Of a stretch of 64,000 bases of DNA, positions 45,119 to 55,389 are shown in pieces. Under the pieces are notes generated by a model. The model had not been told where the DNA came from, searched no databases, and saw only the letters and a list, made by a program, of their open reading frames with translations. Position 1 is the stretch's first letter. Every line of letters begins with the position of its first letter. Source of the stretch: Minisyncoccota bacterium (GTDB lineage: Bacteria > Patescibacteriota > Minisyncoccia > Phycocordibacterales > UBA9973); contig DASWWS010000001.1 in the NCBI GenBank assembly GCA_036405895.1, positions 244,468 through 308,467 of the forward strand. Reading direction: 5' to 3'. The translations under genes and the position numbers were made by a program.

Positions 45119-46801
45119 TTAGCTTGCAACAACATTCGGCGCAACTTGCGCGCCTGCAGCAGGAAGCTCTACAACAAATATTGTTCCCTTGCCCGCACCT
45201 TCGCTTTCAATGATTATTTGCCCTTTATGCGCTTTGGTAATTTCTTGCGCAAGATAGAGCCCAAGGCCCGAGCCTCCGGTATTGAGCTTCCCGCCTTCGC
45301 CTCGGCTGAATTTTTCAAAGAGCTTTGCCTTTGTTTCGGCAGTTACGCCCACGCCCGTGTCGGCAACAGCAAAGAGTATCTTGTTGTCCTTGCGTGAAAG
45401 AGAGAGCTTCACAAAGCCACTCGGCGTGTATTTAATACTGTTGTCGGTGAGGTTGAGAAATACCTGCTTGATTTTCAATGGGTCGACAATTGCCATGAAG
45501 GAGTCGTGGTTTGGAATATCGAGCGTGAACGCAAGTCCTTTGTTTTCCGCCGGAATTTTCATTTCGTTGTAGAGCGCGTCTACCAAGGGAGCAAGCTCAG
45601 TTGGCATCATTTCATACTTCATACCGCCCTGTTCTATTTTTGAAACGTTAAGCAAGTCCTCCACAATATTTGCCAAGCCCTGAGCTGAAGAGTAAATGCG
45701 CTTAACGCTTTCACTTTGTTTTACATCCATCGCCCCAAATGCACCTTCAACCAGCATAGAGGCATATCCCTTGATAGCGGTCAGTGGGCTGCGCAACTGG
45801 TGGGATGCAAGCGAAAGGAATTCGGTCTTGAGTTTGTCGAGCCCCTTGAGCTTTTCGTTCGCGTTTTCCAAATCAGTATTGGATACTTCCAACATATCGC
45901 TAAGCTTCACTTCTTTTTCCACGCTTTTCACCAGCAAAAAGCCGAACCCTATCGCAAGCGCAAACGTAATCCCGTTAAGCGTTCTGTTGATATCGCTTTG
46001 TATAAAGAAAAATTGAGCGCCGATTAGTATGACTAATGAGGCAACAAGGGCCTGGGCTGCGAGCAGCTTGATATTAAATGCACGGTAAATGACTATCACA
46101 TAGGCAAGCACTCCGATAAAGAACACCATGCCCAAAAGACCGATTATTTCATACAAGTATTCGCCTCCCAACCAGTCCACGAGAAAGCCCGAGAAGAAGA
46201 ATGAGAAAAGGAAAAGGCTTACCCCTGCTCCCACCAAAAGCCGCTGCTGCCGCAAAAGGACTTCGCCCTTTTTGTACCAATACAGCGTAAGCGCCATAAT
46301 AGAAGTAAAAATGATTATCTCAAGCGGGAAAATATAATTGCTCCAGAACAATCCTTCAACCGGAATACAGGTAACAACATCAAAATACGGCAAGGAGAAA
46401 ACGCTGCTGGAAACAAAGAGCACCGGCGCAATCAATAAGAGCACAAAAAACTTCATTCGATTGGGAACATCCCTGTTTGCAACGTAGGTGTAAAAGAAGT
46501 AAAGACTGAGCACAAAGAGAAACACTTCCAGCATATACGCAAACGACCAGAAAAACATGTACGCTCGAGCGTCGATGCTGGTCCAGAGCAAAACATCAAC
46601 GATGCACCATGTTGAAAAAACAACGGTGAGCATGAAAAGGATTTTTGCCGATAGTGTTCGGTTGTTGTACAAAACAAAAAAACCAAGCAAGAGCGCAACA
46701 ATTGCTGCGGGAAAGTGCGAGTAATAGATCAAGCTCAGCGGCACGGATTCCTGCACCAGCGTGGCACATTGTTCAATAGCTGAGATGAGGGTGAATTCCA
46801 T
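45119..46801 (-). CDS. Sensor histidine kinase with multi-pass (7TM-type) N-terminal domain
   Basis: About 9 hydrophobic segments; H-box SHQLRSPLTAIKG, N-box NLTDNSIKYT, G1 DTGVG, G2 GSGLGL. Confidence 0.93.
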   Translation of the reverse strand: MEFTLISAIEQCATLVQESVPLSLIYYSHFPAAIVALLLGFFVLYNNRTLSAKILFMLTVVFSTWCIVDVLLWTSIDARAYMFFWSFAYMLEVFLFVLSLYFFYTYVANRDVPNRMKFFVLLLIAPVLFVSSSVFSLPYFDVVTCIPVEGLFWSNYIFPLEIIIFTSIMALTLYWYKKGEVLLRQQRLLVGAGVSLFLFSFFFSGFLVDWLGGEYLYEIIGLLGMVFFIGVLAYVIVIYRAFNIKLLAAQALVASLVILIGAQFFFIQSDINRTLNGITFALAIGFGFLLVKSVEKEVKLSDMLEVSNTDLENANEKLKGLDKLKTEFLSLASHQLRSPLTAIKGYASMLVEGAFGAMDVKQSESVKRIYSSAQGLANIVEDLLNVSKIEQGGMKYEMMPTELAPLVDALYNEMKIPAENKGLAFTLDIPNHDSFMAIVDPLKIKQVFLNLTDNSIKYTPSGFVKLSLSRKDNKILFAVADTGVGVTAETKAKLFEKFSRGEGGKLNTGGSGLGLYLAQEITKAHKGQIIIESEGAGKGTIFVVELPAAGAQVAPNVVAS

Positions 46802-46835
46802 ATTTGAAAAGTATACTATTATAATCTCCTGAGCA

Positions 46836-47597
46836 CTATCGCCCCGAGCTGAGCATTTCTTCTACCATAGCCTCAGTGCGCTCCGGATACGTCCACCACA
46901 AAAAGTCGTCCTCTGAATCAACAGGGGTCACCGGCACGATCAACGGGCGTATGCCGAACATGCTTTCAAGCTTTTCGAAACTTGGCACTACTTTTGTAAG
47001 AGTAAATTCACGCTCTTCTTCGCTCATAAGCATGTTTTCAAACAGCACGCCGTGGCAGAGAAACAGCCCCAAATAATACAAATAGTAATACTCGGACTGG
47101 AATCGCGTAGAGAAAAAATAATCCGAGAAATCAAATACTTCAACAGTGCCACCCGCGCTTTTTTGCAGCAAATCGTGATGAAAAGAAACAAGGCTGCTGC
47201 CATTGATTGTTGTTATGTCTTTGAACTTCTTCCCTTCTTGCGTATTAAAATTAATCAAACTGATTTTCTTCGCCTCTTCAAAGCGCTCCATGCCTTCTTT
47301 ATAAAAATGCAGCTTGCACAGTGCGTATTTATCAGAATTTCTCGCAACAAACTTATCCTCCGGATATTCTATAAGCAACGGATCAAGTCCGGCTTTCGCA
47401 GCCAAATCGTGAAAATGAAAAAATTCATTGTCGGGGCTTGCAATGCATCTGACGAGTACGGCCTTATTGCCTTGTATAAGAGGCTCTGGAAGCTTTGGTC
47501 CGAGGAATTCCTCCACCTTCTTCAAGAGCGCTGTATCATTTCTTCGGGCAGCCAAGATTGCCTTTACTTCTTCAAGCGGAGTATAGAGGTTTTTCAT
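46836..47597 (-). CDS. Hypothetical cytoplasmic protein (253 aa), possible enzyme
   Basis: Start overlaps the SpeD-SpeE stop (TAATG); protein-like composition; no family recognised. Confidence 0.85.
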   Translation of the reverse strand: MKNLYTPLEEVKAILAARRNDTALLKKVEEFLGPKLPEPLIQGNKAVLVRCIASPDNEFFHFHDLAAKAGLDPLLIEYPEDKFVARNSDKYALCKLHFYKEGMERFEEAKKISLINFNTQEGKKFKDITTINGSSLVSFHHDLLQKSAGGTVEVFDFSDYFFSTRFQSEYYYLYYLGLFLCHGVLFENMLMSEEEREFTLTKVVPSFEKLESMFGIRPLIVPVTPVDSEDDFLWWTYPERTEAMVEEMLSSGR

Positions 47598-48718
47598 TAT
47601 CGATTAACTCCAAAAATAAAGGCGTTTTTTTCTCCAAAGCTCGGTATCAAAATATCCTCGCGCTCAACTCCTGAGAAATGCTCTGTTGTAAGGCGCTCTA
47701 CTATTGCGGCAGTGTTCAAATATTTTTCCATTGCCACTGCGGTGCCTCCTTGAATGGCAATCCATCCGTCGGGTGCAAGATGTTTTTTTGAAAGCATGAG
47801 CACTTGTTCAAAGAAATGAGTATAGTCGCGCTCATAGCTGTCTTCCAAATGAACCATAGGATTGTCTGTCAGGTCCGAAATAATGCCGTCAAAATGCTCG
47901 CCCTTGTTCGTTTTTAAATACTGCAATGCGTCTCCTATGAAAAGCGTTACATTAGGATGATCAAATACTTTCTGTCCGAGGTGCTTTTTTGCGCTCATGA
48001 CAACTTCCACATCCAAGTCAATGATAGTGATTGCAAGATTTGGATTTTTTTCAAGAGCAGCTTCGGCTACATATCCGTCCCCGCCGCCAAGAATCAATAA
48101 GCGTGCATCGTTTTTCGTGAGTTTTTTCAAAACAGCTTCGTCGTAGAGCTGGTGGTCCTTCTCTGAAGTTTGCATGACGCCGTCAATAAGCATGCATCTT
48201 CCAAATTCGTCAGTATCGACTATTTCAATTTTCTGAAACCCGGAAGTAATATTAGCAACTCTCTCAGTAACATGAATGAGCTGCTCTGACCCGTCGCTAT
48301 AGACAGGCATGCGCAGCGTGTCCGGGCTCCCCGCGGATTCAGGCAGGAGATTATACGTACGGTCAATGCTTTTTATCACCATGCGCCGGTGCAAAATTTT
48401 CTCCAGTATGTAGTCAACCACTTTTCGCGTCATGGCATCGCTTGAACAGGTATAGACATCAATTGAGAGATATCCGTGCTCCGGCCATGAATGAACAGAC
48501 ATGTGCGAAGTGGAGAGCAAGAGAAAGCCTGTCACCCCCTGAGGCTCGAAAGGGAAAAAGGCTTCGTCTAAAAGCACAATATTGGTGCCATCAATAGACT
48601 CGGTCATGACTTTTTTCAGAAATTCAACCGAATTGATCTGCTGTCGATTACAGCCGAACAAATCCAAAATATAGTGGGCTCCTACTACCCTATTTTCATC
48701 CAGTGCCTTATTCTCCAT
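47597..48718 (-). CDS. Fused S-adenosylmethionine decarboxylase (SpeD) / aminopropyltransferase (SpeE-like)
   Basis: GAHYILDLFGC, FEPQGVTGFLLLSTSHMSVHSWPE, DVYTC; then SGFQKIEI, LIDGVMQTSEKD, LILGGGDG, GDALQYL, IISDLTD. Confidence 0.9.
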   Translation of the reverse strand: MENKALDENRVVGAHYILDLFGCNRQQINSVEFLKKVMTESIDGTNIVLLDEAFFPFEPQGVTGFLLLSTSHMSVHSWPEHGYLSIDVYTCSSDAMTRKVVDYILEKILHRRMVIKSIDRTYNLLPESAGSPDTLRMPVYSDGSEQLIHVTERVANITSGFQKIEIVDTDEFGRCMLIDGVMQTSEKDHQLYDEAVLKKLTKNDARLLILGGGDGYVAEAALEKNPNLAITIIDLDVEVVMSAKKHLGQKVFDHPNVTLFIGDALQYLKTNKGEHFDGIISDLTDNPMVHLEDSYERDYTHFFEQVLMLSKKHLAPDGWIAIQGGTAVAMEKYLNTAAIVERLTTEHFSGVEREDILIPSFGEKNAFIFGVNR

Positions 48719-49118
48719 ACTCTTCTTCATTTTCACTTTCATTCATTTCAATACTCTCTTCCTCTTCTGCTGCATAGTCTTCGGGGGTGGTGCACGATTC
48801 CCACTCTTCTGCATATTCTTCGCACGCAAGGGCTGTGGCAACCCCCTCTTCAACAAGCGCGTGCATGCACGCATCACTGTCTTCTGCATTTGCGCACGCA
48901 TGAGAAAGCGCTCGCGCTCCCACCATTGCTTTGGCGTAATAGTATTCTTCATCAGTGGTACACACTTCCTGCGCAGGGTCACAAGAAAGCTCAACCGCTA
49001 TATCAAAATTGAGCGCTCTGTAGTACAGATAAAAATTTATCGCGAGTGCGCTGGCAAGAAGCAATACCGTGAGTAGTATAAAAAAACGGCTTCCCTTTTT
49101 TGCAGTAGGAATATCCAT
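48708..49118 (-). CDS. Single-pass membrane protein with six-Cys extracytoplasmic domain and acidic tail
   Basis: TM at residues ~11-33; CDPAQEVC...YYY...C...C...C...C; overlaps the SpeD-SpeE start by 11 nt. Confidence 0.8.
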   Translation of the reverse strand: MDIPTAKKGSRFFILLTVLLLASALAINFYLYYRALNFDIAVELSCDPAQEVCTTDEEYYYAKAMVGARALSHACANAEDSDACMHALVEEGVATALACEEYAEEWESCTTPEDYAAEEEESIEMNESENEEEYGE

Positions 49119-49170
49119 AGAATGAAAACATTATACCATGCATTAAAAAAGACGCCTTATTATAGGCGTC

Positions 49171-49671
49171 TTACAATAGAGAGCTAACGATGCTGTACCA
49201 GAACGCGGACCAGATAATACACGAAAGTATTGTACTGATAATTAAAATCAGATGGTCTCTTTTTTTAAATCCTTGAAATGCCGGACCTTTTCTTGTATAG
49301 AGCACTACCAAGAAAGGGTCATACCATGTGAGGAAAAGAAGTACAGGCACTTCACCGCCGTAGCGATAAAGGAAAAAAAGTATTTTTTCCACCCGGTTTT
49401 TTTTCTCATTGCTAATAAGCAGCTCTTTCAAACTTTTGAATTTCTCAAAACCGAAAATATCCTTTTTAAGGAAATCGTAAAGAAAAACAAGGCAATAGTT
49501 GAGAGTGAGCGCGCTGGCCATTAAGATAATAAAGCTCATCAAAAGATGTTCCTTAAAATAATACGTTATAAACGGGTAGATTCCCCAATCGAATATCCAT
49601 CCAATGGTTTCGATTGTCGCAACTCCTCCCAGTAAAAGAAAGAGTTTGCCAAGTAGTTCTTTCTTTTTCAA
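49171..49671 (-). CDS. Hypothetical membrane protein (AT-rich ORFan)
   Basis: 166 aa, several TMs, TTG start; TTGACT-16-TATAAT at 49692-49719; hairpin at ~49146-49171. Confidence 0.7.
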   Translation of the reverse strand: MKKKELLGKLFLLLGGVATIETIGWIFDWGIYPFITYYFKEHLLMSFIILMASALTLNYCLVFLYDFLKKDIFGFEKFKSLKELLISNEKKNRVEKILFFLYRYGGEVPVLLFLTWYDPFLVVLYTRKGPAFQGFKKRDHLILIISTILSCIIWSAFWYSIVSSLL

Positions 49672-49753
49672 TTGTCAGTGTATTTGTTTACATTATATCA
49701 TTTTTTTATATAAAGTCAATAGAATAGTAAACGGCCCCGTGGTGGGGCCGTGT

Positions 49754-49933
49754 TCATTTTTGTCCGCTTATTGCCTGTTGCATTATGGACTTGAGGGATC
49801 CTACTGCTTGGGCGGCAACATCGGGCTGCTCTGGTTTCTTTTTTGGAAGAGAAACATCTTCCACTTCTGTGTGAGGGGTTGGATTTTCTTCCTCGTCTTC
49901 AACACCGTCTGCTGCTCCTGTGTACTCTGTCAT
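49754..49933 (-). CDS. Small acidic hypothetical protein (59 aa, not in the ORF track)
   Basis: MTEYTGAADGVEDEEENPTPHTEVEDVSLPKKKPEQPDVAAQAVGSLKSIMQQAISGQK*, followed by a GC hairpin at ~49730-49752. Confidence 0.6.
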   Translation of the reverse strand: MTEYTGAADGVEDEEENPTPHTEVEDVSLPKKKPEQPDVAAQAVGSLKSIMQQAISGQK

Positions 49934-49984
49934 GGCTGTATGGATTTGATTTATTCAAATCCTAGCACAGCACGCTTTCGGTGA

Positions 49985-51451
49985 CTAGTCCTGGCGAGGT
50001 TTCAACAGTGGGAAGATTTGCGCTTCGCGCACGGGCTTGTCCATCAAAAACGAGAAGAGGCGCTCGGAGAGGCCAAAGCCAAATGCAGGCGGCATGCCAT
50101 GCTCAAGTGCTTCGACAAATTCCATGTCGGCCATTTGCGCCTCATCGTCCCCTGCATCGCGCAAAGCCTGCTGGTGTTCGAACCGTCCGCGCTGGTCAAC
50201 AGGGTCATTGAGCTCGCTGAAACCCTTACCCATTTCACTTCCGGCCAATATCACCTGAAAGCGCTCCACTGTTTGTGGGTTATTGCGGCTGCGCTTTGCA
50301 AGCGGCTCAAGGTACACCGGCACATTGATCAAAAATCCTGGCCCCGCAAGTCCTTTGCGCACCTTCTTCCAGAGCAAGTCTATTCCCCGCTCGATATTAA
50401 GCGTTGGCTTGTCGTATGCAATATCGTTTTTCTTGAGCTCTGCCTCTACTGCCTCAAGGGTGGTATCGAGCGCATTGATGCCGTAATTATCCTCTAGTAC
50501 TTGCACAAAGTCGTATACCTCCCATTCTTTATTGAAGTCCACCTCGTATCCGCGAATGGTGAATACTGTTTTTCCAAATGTTTTTTCTGCAATGAGCGTA
50601 TAGAGCTCTTTTGTCAGCTCCATGCCCTGGATGTAGTCGGCGTACGCCATGTAATATTCAAGCTGCGTGTAGTCCTGAAGGTGCTCGTTTGAGATTCCTT
50701 CGTTGCGGAAAATACGCCCTATTTCGAATGTGCGAGGAATGCCCGCAACAAGGAGTTTCTTCTGCCACAGCTCGCCCGCTGAGATGCGAAGGAATACGTC
50801 GATGTCGAGCGCATTGTGATGTGTGACAAAGGGGCGCGCATCGGCGCCGCCGGTGGTGTTTTCCAAAACCGGTGTTTCTACTTCAACAAATGATTTCTCC
50901 AAAAGAAATTGGCGAATAGTATTCCAAAAGATTGAGCGCTTGTACACGATATCACGCACGTCTTCGTTCATCAAAATATCGAGGTACCGCTTTCGGAATC
51001 GCTCGTCTTCGTCTTTGATGCCGTACCATTCGTCAGGAATAGGAAGCAGACTCTTTGAAAGCATGTTCCAGCCGGTCACAAACAAGCTCTGCGCACCGCG
51101 CTGTGTCGTATATGCCGTACCGGTCACCGTTACAAAGTCGCCAATGTCTACCGTGTCATTAAAAAGAGTGAACACGCTTTCATCCATTTCGTCTTTCTTA
51201 AAGAATGCTTGAATGCGCCCTGTACCATCGTACAGGTCACAGAAAGTAATACCACCTTGCCCGCGCTTGCTCATGATGCGACCTGCGAGCGTAATTACAT
51301 CCTTTCCGCCTTCATAGAGGCCGAAGCGGTCGATAAAGAGGTCAATTGCGTGCGAGCGATTGGTTTCAGCTGGGTACGGATTTATGCCTTGGGCTTCCAA
51401 TAATGCTTTCTTTTTCAGTCGGTCTGCCCGGAGTTCTTCAATGGATGCCAT
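49985..51451 (-). CDS. lysS: Lysine-tRNA ligase (class II)
   Basis: RKRYLD, GGADARPFVTHHNALD, EIGRIFRNEG, SELNDP, HGMPPAFGFG. Confidence 0.96.
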   Translation of the reverse strand: MASIEELRADRLKKKALLEAQGINPYPAETNRSHAIDLFIDRFGLYEGGKDVITLAGRIMSKRGQGGITFCDLYDGTGRIQAFFKKDEMDESVFTLFNDTVDIGDFVTVTGTAYTTQRGAQSLFVTGWNMLSKSLLPIPDEWYGIKDEDERFRKRYLDILMNEDVRDIVYKRSIFWNTIRQFLLEKSFVEVETPVLENTTGGADARPFVTHHNALDIDVFLRISAGELWQKKLLVAGIPRTFEIGRIFRNEGISNEHLQDYTQLEYYMAYADYIQGMELTKELYTLIAEKTFGKTVFTIRGYEVDFNKEWEVYDFVQVLEDNYGINALDTTLEAVEAELKKNDIAYDKPTLNIERGIDLLWKKVRKGLAGPGFLINVPVYLEPLAKRSRNNPQTVERFQVILAGSEMGKGFSELNDPVDQRGRFEHQQALRDAGDDEAQMADMEFVEALEHGMPPAFGFGLSERLFSFLMDKPVREAQIFPLLKPRQD

Positions 51452-51502
51452 ATGTACCTCAAATTATACAAGAAACAAGGCAAAAAGCACCTTTTCCTCA
51501 TT

Positions 51503-51551
51503 TCAGAAGGACGGTCCTTCTGAGCCTAGCAAGGACCATCCTTGCTAGGCT
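51503..51551. repeat. Two adjacent REP-like hairpins with AGG-ACGGT/ACCAT-CCT cores
   Basis: tcagaagg-acggt-ccttctga (51503-51523) and agcctagcaagg-accat-ccttgctaggct (51523-51551). Confidence 0.75.
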
Positions 51552-52614
51552 AGATTCCCTCCTTTTTCAGGTCTTCGATAATCTCTTTCGCTTTCTTTGA
51601 GAGCTTTTCCGGAAGAGTGATGTTGAGCTTGATGACAAAGTTTCCGCGCTTGCTTCCGCCAGTCGGCACGCCGTGATTTTTCAGTACGACAGTGTCACCC
51701 ACTTTTGTTCCGCTCGGAATTACGAAATCGATTTTCCCGTCGAGGGTTTCAATGCTGTGTTCAGCTCCCAAAAGTGCATCAGTCAATTTGATTGAGTGGT
51801 TTGAGACAAGGTCGTGTCCTTGGCGCGCAATTGTTTTGTGCGGTGCGACAGATACGTGAACATAAAGGTCTCCCGACTGCCCGCCGGAAATCGCTTCGCC
51901 CATGCCGCTGAGTCGAAGTGTTTCGCCATTTTGAATACCGCTTGGAACATTGATTTTGATAGTGCGCGCTTCAGTTACCACACCATCGCCCTTACAGGTC
52001 TTGCAAGGTTCTTTGGGGATTTTTCCTTTACCAAAACACTTGTTGCACGTTTGGTTGGTGGCAATAGAACCGAGTATGGTGCGCTGTACGGTACGGATAG
52101 ATCCTTTACCATCGCACTTCGAACACGTCTCAAGCTTGCTCCCTGGTTGTGCACCGTCGCCCTTACAGGTGGTACAAGTAGAAGGCTTGGTCACGCGGAT
52201 TTCTTTTTCTACACCAAAGATAGCGTCTTTGAAATCAATTGATATGTTTGTCTGCAGATCATTTCCGCGACGCTGGCGACTTGACCTTCCTCCACCGAAC
52301 ATCTCGCCAAAAATATCTCCCATATCAAAGCCGAAGCCTTGCCCACCTTGCGAGAAGTCAAAACCGTTCGGGTCAAATCCACCGAAGCCTCCGCCTCCCA
52401 TGTTGGGCCCTGCACTACCAAACTGATCGTATTGCGCGCGCTTAGTATCATCAGAGAGCGTTTGATACGCCTCATTTACTTCCTTAAACTTCTTGTCGTC
52501 TCCTTTATTCTTATCGGGATGATACTGGTGCGCGAGCTTATGAAATGCCTTTTTGATTTCATCTTTTGAAGCGCCTTTCGACACTCCTAATGTTTCGTAA
52601 TAGTCTTTTGCCAT
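51550..52614 (-). CDS. dnaJ: Chaperone DnaJ
   Basis: J domain with HPD, G/F region, four CxxCxGxG repeats. Confidence 0.97.
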   Translation of the reverse strand: MAKDYYETLGVSKGASKDEIKKAFHKLAHQYHPDKNKGDDKKFKEVNEAYQTLSDDTKRAQYDQFGSAGPNMGGGGFGGFDPNGFDFSQGGQGFGFDMGDIFGEMFGGGRSSRQRRGNDLQTNISIDFKDAIFGVEKEIRVTKPSTCTTCKGDGAQPGSKLETCSKCDGKGSIRTVQRTILGSIATNQTCNKCFGKGKIPKEPCKTCKGDGVVTEARTIKINVPSGIQNGETLRLSGMGEAISGGQSGDLYVHVSVAPHKTIARQGHDLVSNHSIKLTDALLGAEHSIETLDGKIDFVIPSGTKVGDTVVLKNHGVPTGGSKRGNFVIKLNITLPEKLSKKAKEIIEDLKKEGI

Positions 52615-52645
52615 GTGTATTTACTATATCATTATTCTTTGATAA

Positions 52646-52673
52646 GAAAATGCCCTTCTATAAGGGCATTTTC
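52646..52673 (-). terminator. Intrinsic terminator between the microprotein and dnaJ
   Basis: gaaaatgccctt-ctat-aagggcattttc. Confidence 0.75.
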
Positions 52674-52680
52674 AGTGAAA

Positions 52681-52758
52681 TTAGCGGTGTCGGAGAGACA
52701 CTGTTTTGCCCTCTGCCTTTCGCTTTTTCTTTGCTGCGATTTTGCGTTTCTTGTTCAT
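52681..52758 (-). CDS. 25-aa highly basic microprotein (not in the ORF track)
   Basis: MNKKRKIAAKKKRKAEGKTVSLRHR*; TATAGT 10 nt upstream of the ATG; terminator 7 nt after the stop. Confidence 0.55.
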   Translation of the reverse strand: MNKKRKIAAKKKRKAEGKTVSLRHR

Positions 52759-52787
52759 AAGTGGGGATACTATAGCACAGGAGCCGA

Positions 52788-54674
52788 TTATTGGCTATCT
52801 GTTTTTTCTTCCCCGGTAGTGTCGGTCGCCTCAGCATCTTTTGCTTCGCCTTCAGGGGCTGACTCTTGCGGCTGGGCCTTGGATACCGCTTCGCCGATCT
52901 TGGACATCTCGGTTGAAAGGGTGTGAACAGCAGCTTCGATAGAAGCTTTATCACTTCCCTCCTTGGCTTTCTTCACGGCATCAATCGCACCCTGTACAGA
53001 AGTTTTAATCTCTTCAGTCACATGCTCTGCATGGTCGGTGAGCGCTTTTTCTGCTGCGAATACTGTCATGTCAGCGGTGTTCTTTGTGTCCACTAGCGCT
53101 TTCTTTTCTTCATCTTCCTTTGCGTGAAGCTCGGCGTCATTTTTCATGCGCTCGATATCTTCTGGAGTAAGACCAGAAGAGGCTTCAATCCGGATAGACT
53201 GCTCTTTGCCGGATGCCTTGTCTTTTGCTTTCACATTGAGGATGCCGTTTGCATCAACATCGAATGTCACCTCCACCTGCGGCATGCCGCGCGGTGCCGG
53301 TGGAATGCCGTCGAGGATAAACCGTCCGAGCGATTTGTTGTCGCTTGCCATTGGTCGCTCGCCTTGAGTGATATGGATTTCAACAGAAGTCTGGTTGTCG
53401 GCCGCAGTTGAGAACACCTGACTTTTTGATGAAGGAATGGTCGTGTTACGCTCTACGAGCTTTGTTGCCACTCCGCCAAGGGTTTCAATACCGAGAGAAA
53501 GCGGAATCACGTCGAGCAAGAGAACATCGCGCACGTCGCCCTGCAATACTCCTCCCTGGACTGCAGCACCGAGTGCCACCACTTCGTCCGGGTTGATAGT
53601 GCGGTTAGGTTCTTTGCCGAAGAGCTTCTTTACCTCTTCAACAATTTTCGGCATACGGGTCTGTCCTCCCACCAAAATGATTTCATCAATATCTGCAATC
53701 TTAAACGGTGATGCATCGATTGCGCGCTTCGTGATTTCGATAGAACGCATAACAAATTCGTCTGCAAGGTTTTCAAGCTGAGCGCGAGACATCTTCAAAA
53801 GAAGGTGCTGCGGCCCCGCATCAGTTGAAGTGATAAAGGGAATGTTGATTTCAGTTTCAGGAGTAGTAGAAAGCTCGATTTTTGCTTTTTCTGCGGCTTC
53901 ATCGAGTCGCTGAAGCGCAAGCGGGTCTTTTGTTACATCCACACCGGACTCTTTTTTGAATTCGGCTGCGATCCATTCAACAATGGTGCGGTCAATATCG
54001 CGCCCCCCCATCATGGAGTCTCCGTCGGTGGACTTCACCTCAATAACATCATTGCCGATTTCAAGAACAGACACATCAAAGGTACCTCCTCCAAAGTCGT
54101 ATACCACCACCTGCTCATCCTTTTTTGTATCAAAGCCATAAGCAAGCGCGGCTGCAGTCGGTTCATTAATAATGCGCTTTACATCAAGGCCTGCAATTGC
54201 ACCCGCATCTTTTGTCGCCTTACGCTGCGCATCGTTAAAGTACGCAGGCACGGTGATGATCGCTTCAGTGATCTTTTCACCGAGCTTTGCTTCAACATCT
54301 GTTTTTATTTTCTGCAAAATCATTGCTGAGATTTCTTCTGGGCGGTATTGTTTTCCGTCAAGGGTTACTTCCGCTCCACCATCAGCTCCTGCAGCTACAG
54401 GAAACGGCATGTGAGAAATCACTTTATCAATGCCGGCATCAGAGAATTTGTGACCCATCAATCGCTTGATACCGTACACAGTATTTTGCGGATTGGTCAC
54501 GGCCTGGCGCTTTGCCAAAAGGCCGACAAGACGGTCACCGTTTTTTGCTTGTGCGACAATAGAGGGGGTTGTGCGAGACCCTTCAATGTTTTCGATGATT
54601 TTTGGCTGTCCGCCTTCAATGATTGCGACAGCGCTGTTTGTGGTTCCGAGGTCAATTCCGATGATTTTAGCCAT
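52788..54674 (-). CDS. dnaK: Chaperone DnaK
   Basis: [43 protein letters not shown]. Confidence 0.98.
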   Translation of the reverse strand: MAKIIGIDLGTTNSAVAIIEGGQPKIIENIEGSRTTPSIVAQAKNGDRLVGLLAKRQAVTNPQNTVYGIKRLMGHKFSDAGIDKVISHMPFPVAAGADGGAEVTLDGKQYRPEEISAMILQKIKTDVEAKLGEKITEAIITVPAYFNDAQRKATKDAGAIAGLDVKRIINEPTAAALAYGFDTKKDEQVVVYDFGGGTFDVSVLEIGNDVIEVKSTDGDSMMGGRDIDRTIVEWIAAEFKKESGVDVTKDPLALQRLDEAAEKAKIELSTTPETEINIPFITSTDAGPQHLLLKMSRAQLENLADEFVMRSIEITKRAIDASPFKIADIDEIILVGGQTRMPKIVEEVKKLFGKEPNRTINPDEVVALGAAVQGGVLQGDVRDVLLLDVIPLSLGIETLGGVATKLVERNTTIPSSKSQVFSTAADNQTSVEIHITQGERPMASDNKSLGRFILDGIPPAPRGMPQVEVTFDVDANGILNVKAKDKASGKEQSIRIEASSGLTPEDIERMKNDAELHAKEDEEKKALVDTKNTADMTVFAAEKALTDHAEHVTEEIKTSVQGAIDAVKKAKEGSDKASIEAAVHTLSTEMSKIGEAVSKAQPQESAPEGEAKDAEATDTTGEEKTDSQ

Positions 54675-54814
54675 AATATGTGTGTGAAAAAATTATTTTA
54701 TAAGGTAAAAGTAAATCCAAGTGTATTTCAAGCAATTCTTCCGTTTCTACCGTTTTTTCGTGGTCGCGAAATACTTGTTGATAGTATAAATGATTTGTGA
54801 TATTGTGCAAGTAC

Positions 54815-55354
54815 ATGAGTAAACCAAGGGATACAAGAGAGAAGAAGTCGTTCTCAAAGCAAATCCTTGCCCTCCTCTCGGCAAAACCGGCTGTTTCTGT
54901 GGCTGAGCTCACAGAGAGCATTGAGGCGCTGGGAAGCGAGAAATATGCCCTCACACGCTCATTAAAGGGCCTTACAGAGTCGGGACTAGTGGAAACACAC
55001 CATTCAGGCCAGCAGGCCTATACGCGCCTCACGCGCGAAGGAAAGAAGAAGGCGCACAGCCTCAAGCTTGAGAGCGACACCGTTCTTTTTGATCCAACCT
55101 GGGACGGCAAATGGCGTATTATTCTTCTCGACCTACCAGAAGAGCGCAAAGCTGAGCGCGAAGGCCTGCGGTACCTCTTGAAAAAGGCCGGGTTTATATT
55201 ATTGAAAAATTCGGTCTGGATCTCCCCTCACCCGTTTGAGCACTTGTTTATGAATATTAAAAAAGACCTCACCCTCACCACAGAATTGATGATATTTGTT
55301 ACTGACACTATTGATGCGGAAACAGAAAAAGAATTTATAACATTGGCAAAATAA
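54815..55354 (+). CDS. PaaX-like transcriptional regulator (wHTH plus Cas2-like central domain)
   Basis: RLTREGKK...WDGKWRIILLDLPEERKAERE.LR..L...GF..L.NSVWISPHP. Confidence 0.85.
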   Translation: MSKPRDTREKKSFSKQILALLSAKPAVSVAELTESIEALGSEKYALTRSLKGLTESGLVETHHSGQQAYTRLTREGKKKAHSLKLESDTVLFDPTWDGKWRIILLDLPEERKAEREGLRYLLKKAGFILLKNSVWISPHPFEHLFMNIKKDLTLTTELMIFVTDTIDAETEKEFITLAK

Positions 55355-55389
55355 AAGACCCCTCAACGAGGGGTCAGTAAGTGTACAAT

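Noticed and set aside
54815-55354. Cas2-like segment suggesting a CRISPR-Cas locus
   Set aside because: It is the central domain of a PaaX-like regulator; there is no array or other cas gene in the window.
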